Assembly: GCA_965215265.1 (NCBI GenBank)
Contig: OZ244048.1
Location: 320,001-384,000 of the forward strand
Direction: 5' to 3'
Origin: Candidatus Poribacteria bacterium
GTDB lineage: Bacteria; Poribacteria; WGA-4E; WGA-3G
DNA: 64,000 bases
The notes under the pieces are model-generated. The model did not search any database. It was given only the letters and a program-made list of their open reading frames with translations, and had not been told where the DNA came from. The translations under genes were made by a program, and so were the position numbers. This document shows, in pieces, positions 56,909 to 64,000 of this stretch; within the stretch, counting starts at the first letter, position 1, and the number at the start of each line of letters is the position of its first letter.

Positions 56909-58384
56909 ATGAGTCAAGAAGAGAAAAAAGCGTCTGAAGGGCAGTCATCCGAGGAAAAGGACACGCCTACGCCCGAAGATAAACTCTCTGTTACGCATCA
57001 TAGCGTTATAATTAACGGTGAAGAAATTCGCTATACAGCCACAGCAGGCACGCTCGTTCTGAAGGAAGAAACCGACAAAGAGGGAGAAAAGGCGAAAGCA
57101 TCAATTTTTTTCATCGCCTATACCCGTGACGATGTAGTCGACCTCTCTAAACGAGCCGTAACGTTCTCTTTCAACGGTGGCCCCGGTTCATCCTCGGTCT
57201 GGTTGCATTTAGGCGTGTTAGGACCGCGTCGTGTGGAACCGGCCCCGATAGGAGAACCCCTAAAACCGCCATATCAATTGATGAATAATGACTGCTCGAT
57301 TTTGGACAAAACCGATTTAGTCTTCATAGACCCGGTAAGTACCGGTTTCAGTAGAGCAGTGCCGGGAGAAGAGGCCAAGGAGTTCCACGGGTTCAAAAAA
57401 GACATTGAATCTGTCGGCAATTTTATCCTTCTCTACTTAGGACGTTACAAGCGGTGGCGTTCACCGAAGTTTCTCATCGGTGAAAGTTATGGAACAACGC
57501 GTGCAGGAGGGCTCTCTGGTTACCTTCAAGAAGAGCACGGCACCTACCTCAACGGTATTATGCTCGTCTCGGTCGTACTTAATTTCCAAACGATTCGGTT
57601 TGCCCCCGGCAACGATTTGCCTTACATTCTCTATTTACCGACTTATGCAGCAACAGCTCAATACCACGGGAAAGTTGAAGACCCAGAATTTGGGACAATC
57701 GTCGATGCCGCGAAAAAATTCGCAATGGGAGATTACAATCTCGCCTTGATGCAAGGCTCCGCACTGTCTGACGACAAACGTGCTGATATTGTTCGGCAAT
57801 TGGCTGCCTTTAGCAGTTTGACAGCGGAATACATAGAGCAAACAGATCTGCGTATTAACATTATGCGGTTTTGCAAGCAGTTATTGCGTGACGAGGGGCG
57901 CACCGTTGGACGTTTTGATAGCCGATATACAGGCATTGACCGGGATTCAGCAGGCGAAAACTTTGAGTATGATCCGAGCTCTGCGGTGATTCAGGGCGCT
58001 TACACCGGAACTCTCAACGACTATGTCCGACGCGAATTAAAATTTGAGAGCGATTTGCCTTATGAAATCCTGAGTCGCCGGGTGCATCCTTGGAATTACG
58101 CAGAGCATCAAAATGAATACGTGAACGTCGCAGATACCCTCCGTAAGTCCATGACTATTAACCCCGCACTGAAACTCTTTGTCGCCAGCGGTTATTACGA
58201 TTTGGCCACACCCTTCCTTGCAACAGAATATACCTTCACTCACCTGGGTCTGGATAAATCCTTGCAAGACAATATCACTATGGCGTATTATAAGGCGGGC
58301 CACATGATGTATATTGACATGGAAGAGTTGCAAAAAATGAAAAAGGATCTGGATGCGTTCCTTGACAGTTCAAAACCGGATTAA
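56909..58384 (+). CDS. Peptidase S10 (serine carboxypeptidase)
   Basis: [38 protein letters not shown]. Confidence 0.96.
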   Translation: MSQEEKKASEGQSSEEKDTPTPEDKLSVTHHSVIINGEEIRYTATAGTLVLKEETDKEGEKAKASIFFIAYTRDDVVDLSKRAVTFSFNGGPGSSSVWLHLGVLGPRRVEPAPIGEPLKPPYQLMNNDCSILDKTDLVFIDPVSTGFSRAVPGEEAKEFHGFKKDIESVGNFILLYLGRYKRWRSPKFLIGESYGTTRAGGLSGYLQEEHGTYLNGIMLVSVVLNFQTIRFAPGNDLPYILYLPTYAATAQYHGKVEDPEFGTIVDAAKKFAMGDYNLALMQGSALSDDKRADIVRQLAAFSSLTAEYIEQTDLRINIMRFCKQLLRDEGRTVGRFDSRYTGIDRDSAGENFEYDPSSAVIQGAYTGTLNDYVRRELKFESDLPYEILSRRVHPWNYAEHQNEYVNVADTLRKSMTINPALKLFVASGYYDLATPFLATEYTFTHLGLDKSLQDNITMAYYKAGHMMYIDMEELQKMKKDLDAFLDSSKPD

Positions 58385-58389
58385 GACGG

Positions 58390-59436
58390 ATGAGTTACCA
58401 AAGAGAATTTGAAAATAAATTGAATGTTGCAGTGGTCGGTGTCGGTTCCCACGGTTACCGGAATATTTTGCCGACACTGACGTTTCTCCCGATTCAGCTG
58501 AAAGCATTTTGTGATGTCAATGTCGACCGGGCAGCAGTCACCGCGCAACAGTACGGGGTTCAAAGGTGGTATAAGAAGACGGCAGACATGTTTCGGAATG
58601 AAGAATTGGATGCTATAATCCTCTGTGTACCGCCACGTCTGCATCCGGAATTAACGTGTGAGGCACTGGATGCAGGCGTACATGTATGGTTAGAAAAACC
58701 GCCGGGGATGTTCGCCAGTGAGGTTGAAGAAATGATACGCCATCGAAAAGATAAAGTGGTGGTTGTCGGTTTCAAAAAAGCGTTTATGCCCGCAACACAG
58801 AAAATTATTGAGATTTTCGCTAAAGAGGAATATGGCCCGTTGCGAACCGCACTCGGGGTTTATCCTATGACGATTCCCCAAGATGGAAAGCGGGTACTCC
58901 GTGAAAAGGAACATACTAATTGGTTACAGAACGGGTGTCATCCGTTATCACTCCTCTTGGCAGTAGGTGGAAAGGTAGCTGCTGTGACGGTTCATCGTGG
59001 GCAACGCGGCGGAGGTGCATGTATCTTGGAATTCGCCTCCGGTGCACTCGGTAACTTTCATTTAGCAGATGGTGCCCTACACGGACAACCCTCGGAACTT
59101 TACCAATTTTTCGGTGACGGCTGCCATGCCGAAATTACCAACGGAAACCGCGTCTTACTGCAACGCGGGATGCGGTTTGATTACAGCGGCAGCACTGACT
59201 TTGTACCAGAAGGTTTCGACAGCGGTGCCATCGTCTGGGAACCGCAAAACAGTCTCGGAACGCTCGAGAATAAAGGACTTTTCATACAAGGGTTCTACCA
59301 GGAATTGCGTTATTTCTGCGACTGTATTCTGGCGGATGAACCTGCCCAAAAAGGTTCACTTGAATTCGCTTTGGAAGTCATGAAGGTATGCGAGGCAGGG
59401 CTCCGTTCCGGAGGGGATAGAATTCAGGTTTTATAA
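58390..59436 (+). CDS. Gfo/Idh/MocA family oxidoreductase
   Basis: VVGVGSHG Rossmann motif, GVHVWLEKP. Confidence 0.93.
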   Translation: MSYQREFENKLNVAVVGVGSHGYRNILPTLTFLPIQLKAFCDVNVDRAAVTAQQYGVQRWYKKTADMFRNEELDAIILCVPPRLHPELTCEALDAGVHVWLEKPPGMFASEVEEMIRHRKDKVVVVGFKKAFMPATQKIIEIFAKEEYGPLRTALGVYPMTIPQDGKRVLREKEHTNWLQNGCHPLSLLLAVGGKVAAVTVHRGQRGGGACILEFASGALGNFHLADGALHGQPSELYQFFGDGCHAEITNGNRVLLQRGMRFDYSGSTDFVPEGFDSGAIVWEPQNSLGTLENKGLFIQGFYQELRYFCDCILADEPAQKGSLEFALEVMKVCEAGLRSGGDRIQVL

Positions 59437-59445
59437 GGGAAAAAC

Positions 59446-60459
59446 ATGGAATATAGAAGATTGGGCAGCAGTGGACTAAAGGTGTCTGAAATTTGCTTGG
59501 GCACGATGACCTTCGGACACGGCGCAGACGAAACTGAAACTCACCGCATGGTGCATCTTGCTTGGGATGCCGGTGTTAACTTTTACGATACCGCGAATTC
59601 GTACGCCGATGGAGAATCAGAAATCCTTCTCGGTAAAGCGCTTAAAGGCAGACGTCGCGATGCCATTGTCGCCACAAAGTTTTTCAATCCGATGGGACCT
59701 GGTCCCAATGATTCAGGGATGTCCCGGGTACACATCATGCAGGCAATTGACGACAGTCTCAAACGACTGCAGATGGATTACGTGGATATCTACTATATCC
59801 ACCATGTGGATACGCAAACGCCGTTAGAAGAGATGCTCCGGGCCTTGGACGATCTGGTTCATCAAGGGAAAGTGCGCTATACGGCATGTAGCAACTACCA
59901 AGCTTGGCGATTATCTGAGGCGTTATGGTTGAGCGATTCGCTTAGTTTGACACGATTTAGCTGCTATCAACCCCAATATAGTCTCGTCGTCCGAGATATT
60001 GAGCAAGAATTAGTCCCACTCTGTCAGCACAAAGGGCTTGGCGTAGTGGTATGGAGTCCCCTGGCAGGCGGCTTCTTATCCGGTAAATACAAGCCCGGTG
60101 AACGGACGCAAGACGGCACGCGCTCAGCAGAAGGGTGGGCATATCCACAACGCTATTTCGCAGCAAACGCCGATGAAACACTGCAAGCACTGTATGAAGT
60201 TTCCGATGGATTAGGATATAGTCCAGCGCAAGTCGCACTCCGATGGGTACTTGAACAGCCCGCAATAACCTCCGTTATTGTGGGTGCCCGACATGCAGAA
60301 CATCTCCGCGATAACTTGGAAACTACCGGATGGTTATTAGAGGGAGAAGCACTTCAAAAACTGAACGCCGTTTCACATCTGCCGCATCGCTACCCGGAAG
60401 CGATGGAAAAGAATATGCACGAACGTCGTGACAGTGCCGTTAACATGCCGTTTTTATAA
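59446..60459 (+). CDS. Aldo/keto reductase
   Basis: LGSSGLKVSEICLGTMTFG, DTANSY, ATK, SLKRL, WSPLAGG. Confidence 0.96.
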   Translation: MEYRRLGSSGLKVSEICLGTMTFGHGADETETHRMVHLAWDAGVNFYDTANSYADGESEILLGKALKGRRRDAIVATKFFNPMGPGPNDSGMSRVHIMQAIDDSLKRLQMDYVDIYYIHHVDTQTPLEEMLRALDDLVHQGKVRYTACSNYQAWRLSEALWLSDSLSLTRFSCYQPQYSLVVRDIEQELVPLCQHKGLGVVVWSPLAGGFLSGKYKPGERTQDGTRSAEGWAYPQRYFAANADETLQALYEVSDGLGYSPAQVALRWVLEQPAITSVIVGARHAEHLRDNLETTGWLLEGEALQKLNAVSHLPHRYPEAMEKNMHERRDSAVNMPFL

Positions 60460-60549
60460 AAAACGAACTTTCCTAAAGTTTGATTTGACTAAAATGTAAC
60501 CAGCACATCCTGAACAGTAGAACCGGAATAAAACAGGGAGAGTTTTGTT

Positions 60550-62658
60550 ATGAAAAGATGGAAACTTATCGCTATTATCGCCGGAGTCGTTATCGTTGTG
60601 GGCACTGCTTTCGTTGTAGGCCGGATTGTATTGGCAACTAAAAATGGGGCGAACGATTCCGACAGTCCAACAATCCAAACCGCAATGGTTGAACGCGGCG
60701 ACATTGCCGTAACAATCGACGCAACAGGCACGATCAAACCACTGAATATCGTCGAAGTCAGTTCCAAAGCGAGTGGAAAAATTTTGCAACTCAACGTTGA
60801 CGCGGGCGATTACGTTGAGAAGGACGATATCATCGCTGTTATCGAAACGACTTACGTTCAGATTAGTTTGGAACAAGCTGAAGCAGATCTTCGGGCAGCA
60901 GAAGCGCGCCTCCAACAGTCACAAATAGACATTCAACTCCAACGTGAACAGTCCGAAATTCAGATTCGGCAAGCCCGCGAAGCACTCGCTGAAGCCGAGA
61001 AGCGACTTGAGCAGCTGAGAGAACAAATTCGGCTTGAGAAAATTGCCAATAAACGTGGTATCATGGATGCCGAAAATAGTTTGGAGATTGCTAAACTTCG
61101 GTATAAATTACTCACATCGGATGAGGTCCGTGACGAGAGTAAAAAACGTGCTGAAGCCTCTTTAGAGCAGGAAGAGGCAAATCTTGAATTGGCAAGGGCG
61201 GAGCATGAAAGAAATAAGCAGCTCTACGAGAAAGAGCTCATTTCCCAAGCGGCTTGGGACACTTCACAAGCGCAGCTGCGCTCTGCTCAGGCACGCTATA
61301 ATTCTGCAGCAGAACAGGTCAAACTGGTTAAGAAACCGGCGAGTGAGGCAGAGTTAAAATTGGCCGAGGCAGATATTAAAAAATCAGAATTCAACCTTCA
61401 GCTTGCTAATGAGCGCGTTGAAGCCGAAAAATCGCGCGATATGGATATTACATTGCAGAAAAATCGGATCGCGCAAGCACAAGACGCTTTAAATCTCGCA
61501 CTCACGAATCAGAAGCAGATTGATCGGAAAGAGAGAGATTTGGAGAGCGCACGCGCTTCCCTCAAACGGAGCCAAGGGCAGCTTGACCTCCGGAAAATTG
61601 AGTACGAAGATACTGTGATCAAGGCACCCATCTCCGGAACGGTTTTAGAAAAAAAGGTTGAAGAAGGACAGTTGATTACGTCACGACTCTCTTCGCTCGC
61701 TTCTTCGGAGGGCCAGACAATCGTCACCATGGCAGATCTTGACACTGTCTACGTTGTTACCGAGGTTGATGAAACAGATATCGGCAAGGTAAAAATCGGG
61801 CAGCCGGTGACAATTACGGTGGAGGCGTACCCAGATCAGCCGTTTGAAGGCGAGGTGTTGAAAATCGCACCGCAAGGACAAGTGATTCAGAACATCACGA
61901 CATTTGAGGTGACTTCCGAACTGAAAAACGTCAGAACTAGTACAACAGACGGGAGCAGGGCACGTGGCGAAGGACGCGAGGGATGGAACCGCGGCGGTAA
62001 TTTCGGAAATCTGACTGACGAACAACGTCAGCGTTTCAGAGAAAGGCGGCGGCAAGACGGGGCAGAGGCAGGCCAATTTGCTGGAGGACGCAGCACCCCA
62101 CCTGAAGAAACTACTGCTCAAGTGGAAGAACCGAGCAGCGTAGAAAGCAAAAGCGCTGATAGCACATCCACAGAACCGGACTTAACTCAGGCAACGGAAA
62201 CCGATGAAAACGACTGGGGCGCACTCTTCGGAGGATTTTTCGACGAGGAGCCCGCTGTAGAAGTATCCAATACAGCACAACCGGCACAACCTGAGACAGA
62301 AGAAAACATGCCATTTCTCAAACCCGGCATGAACGCTTCTGTACAGATATCAGCCGTCAATAAAACAGGTATCCTCACGTTACCAAACGAAGCTATTCTT
62401 GATATGCGAGGCAGGAAAATGGTCCGGATTGTTGCAGAAGATGGGCAACCCGGCCGGCCACAACCCATTGTAACAGGCGTGAGCAGCTTTGATAGAACAG
62501 AAATCATCTCCGGACTCGCTGAGGGTGAACTTGTTGCAATCGGGGGTTTCCAACGAGGTGGAGGTAGCGGAGAAGATTGGCGCCGCCGCATGATGCAAAA
62601 CCCAGCATCAACGATGCGCAGAATGGGGGGCGGAGGAGGCCCAGGAAGAGGACGGTAA
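60550..62658 (+). CDS. MacA/HlyD-type periplasmic adaptor subunit with long coiled coil
   Basis: N-terminal TM, lipoyl halves (V.SKASGKI; IKAPISGTV), VDETDIGKV, LKPGMNA; low-complexity insert. Confidence 0.92.
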   Translation: MKRWKLIAIIAGVVIVVGTAFVVGRIVLATKNGANDSDSPTIQTAMVERGDIAVTIDATGTIKPLNIVEVSSKASGKILQLNVDAGDYVEKDDIIAVIETTYVQISLEQAEADLRAAEARLQQSQIDIQLQREQSEIQIRQAREALAEAEKRLEQLREQIRLEKIANKRGIMDAENSLEIAKLRYKLLTSDEVRDESKKRAEASLEQEEANLELARAEHERNKQLYEKELISQAAWDTSQAQLRSAQARYNSAAEQVKLVKKPASEAELKLAEADIKKSEFNLQLANERVEAEKSRDMDITLQKNRIAQAQDALNLALTNQKQIDRKERDLESARASLKRSQGQLDLRKIEYEDTVIKAPISGTVLEKKVEEGQLITSRLSSLASSEGQTIVTMADLDTVYVVTEVDETDIGKVKIGQPVTITVEAYPDQPFEGEVLKIAPQGQVIQNITTFEVTSELKNVRTSTTDGSRARGEGREGWNRGGNFGNLTDEQRQRFRERRRQDGAEAGQFAGGRSTPPEETTAQVEEPSSVESKSADSTSTEPDLTQATETDENDWGALFGGFFDEEPAVEVSNTAQPAQPETEENMPFLKPGMNASVQISAVNKTGILTLPNEAILDMRGRKMVRIVAEDGQPGRPQPIVTGVSSFDRTEIISGLAEGELVAIGGFQRGGGSGEDWRRRMMQNPASTMRRMGGGGGPGRGR

Positions 62659-62662
62659 AACT

Positions 62663-63874
62663 ATGAGCATTCTTGAAAGTCTTGCGAACGCATTACGTGG
62701 ATTACTAGCAAATAAACTCAGATCTATTTTGACGATGCTCGGTGTTATCATCGGTGTCGGGGCTATTATTACGACAACGTCAATTGGTGAGGGCGCGAAG
62801 GCAGACATTACCGAACGGATCCAAACCTTGGGTGCTAACATTCTCGCAGTCCGTCCAGGGCAAAGCCGGTTCCGTGGACGCGCTTCCGCCGACACCAGGA
62901 AGAGTTTAAAGGTAGAAGACATTGAATTTTTAAAAGAACGGGCCCAGAATTTCGGATATATTACACCTGAAGTCAGCAGCCGGGCACAGGTCAAATACCT
63001 GAATAAAAACACAAACACAACCATTGTTGGAACATCCCCAGAGTACTTGATAACCGCAAATTTCACAGTCGAAAAGGGGAAATTTTTCACGGATACAGAT
63101 ATTCTCTACCGACAACGCGTCTGTGTACTCGGGAAAACGGTTGCGGACGACCTGTTTGAGCAAGTGGAGCCGGTCGGCAAAAGTGTGAAAATCCGGAATG
63201 TCCGGTTCCACGTACTAGGCGTGATGAAAGAAAAAGGCGCGAGCGGATGGCGGAACCCCGATGATCAGGTGTTTATTCCGTACTCTACCGCTATGAAACG
63301 GGTCTTCGGATCCGATTACCTGTCCAGCATTAGTATACAAGCCACTAATGAAAAACTCTTAACTGCAGCCGAAACCGAGGTAACCGAACTCCTCCGCAAG
63401 CAACACAAAATCCCACCTAATCAGGAAGCGGACTTCCACGTCCGCAATCAGGCAGAATTCATGGAAACCTTGGAAGAATCAAGTCAGACCTTTACCAACA
63501 TGATTTTAGGCATTGCTGTGGTCTCACTCGTTGTAGGAGGCATAGGTATTATGAATATCATGCTCGTCTCTGTCACCGAACGGACGAAAGAGATAGGTCT
63601 GCGTAAAGCAGTCGGTGCACAGCGGATTGATATCCTCTTTCAGTTCCTCGTTGAATCGACAACATTGGCTTTAGTAGGCGGGATAATCGGTGTCGGTGTA
63701 GGGATAATCGGGGCGGAAATGGTGCCTTCGCTCTGGGGTTGGCGAACCGTTATCTCACTCATCTACAGTGGGGCCTCCTTTATTGTAAGCGCCTTAGTCG
63801 GCATTTTCTTTGGTGCCTATCCTGCCTGGAAAGCGGCGAAACTCCATCCCATCGACGCACTCAGGCATGAATAA
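62663..63874 (+). CDS. MacB/FtsX-type ABC transporter permease
   Basis: NKLRSILTMLGVIIGV, GGIGIMNIMLVSVTERTKEIGLRKAVGA, PIDALRHE. Confidence 0.96.
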   Translation: MSILESLANALRGLLANKLRSILTMLGVIIGVGAIITTTSIGEGAKADITERIQTLGANILAVRPGQSRFRGRASADTRKSLKVEDIEFLKERAQNFGYITPEVSSRAQVKYLNKNTNTTIVGTSPEYLITANFTVEKGKFFTDTDILYRQRVCVLGKTVADDLFEQVEPVGKSVKIRNVRFHVLGVMKEKGASGWRNPDDQVFIPYSTAMKRVFGSDYLSSISIQATNEKLLTAAETEVTELLRKQHKIPPNQEADFHVRNQAEFMETLEESSQTFTNMILGIAVVSLVVGGIGIMNIMLVSVTERTKEIGLRKAVGAQRIDILFQFLVESTTLALVGGIIGVGVGIIGAEMVPSLWGWRTVISLIYSGASFIVSALVGIFFGAYPAWKAAKLHPIDALRHE

Positions 63875-63887
63875 ACCCGAATTAGCA

Positions 63888-63919
63888 GAGAAGTGCAGAC
63901 GTTGGCATCTGCACTTCTC
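63888..63919 (+). terminator. Hairpin downstream of permease (terminator-like)
   Basis: GAGAAGTGCAGA / TCTGCACTTCTC perfect 12-bp stem; weak U-tail. Confidence 0.5.
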
Positions 63920-64000
63920 GTCTTGTAGAAAAGGTAGAAAAGAAAACGATACGAATTCAAACCGATTGGTATAAGGAAAATATTCAGTATGTCCCAAAAA

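Overview
Bacterial chromosomal window, most likely Candidatus Poribacteria (inferred from LamG proteins ending in an AVExxGKLxxxWGxxK tail, an LRR-cohesin-dockerin-FlgD/T9SS-CTD protein, PhyH, a BMC vertex protein and a sulfatase maturase). It contains the infC-rpmI-rplT-pheS-pheT-ubiE block with a clear Phe T-box riboswitch, many transport, redox and secreted genes, and numerous decayed fragments (two LamG pseudogenes and TnpB/omegaRNA, type ISP R-M, PhyH, MoxR and Rpn relics). I saw no rRNA, tRNA or CRISPR array. The strongest signal is three DNA methyltransferases with no restriction partner beside them. Two of them are frameshifted exactly at the only two 9-nt G/C homopolymers I found, and both are restored by +1 nt: a candidate phase-variable methylation system (phasevarion), although homopolymer sequencing error must be excluded. 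Other leads: a stand-alone DUF1874/AcrIII-1-like ring nuclease homolog with Tyr at the catalytic His position, a di-heme cytochrome-LRR-cohesin-dockerin exported protein, a short shared C-terminal tail that may be a sorting signal, and a highly structured rpmI-rplT spacer. All family calls come from motif recognition by eye; no searches were run.
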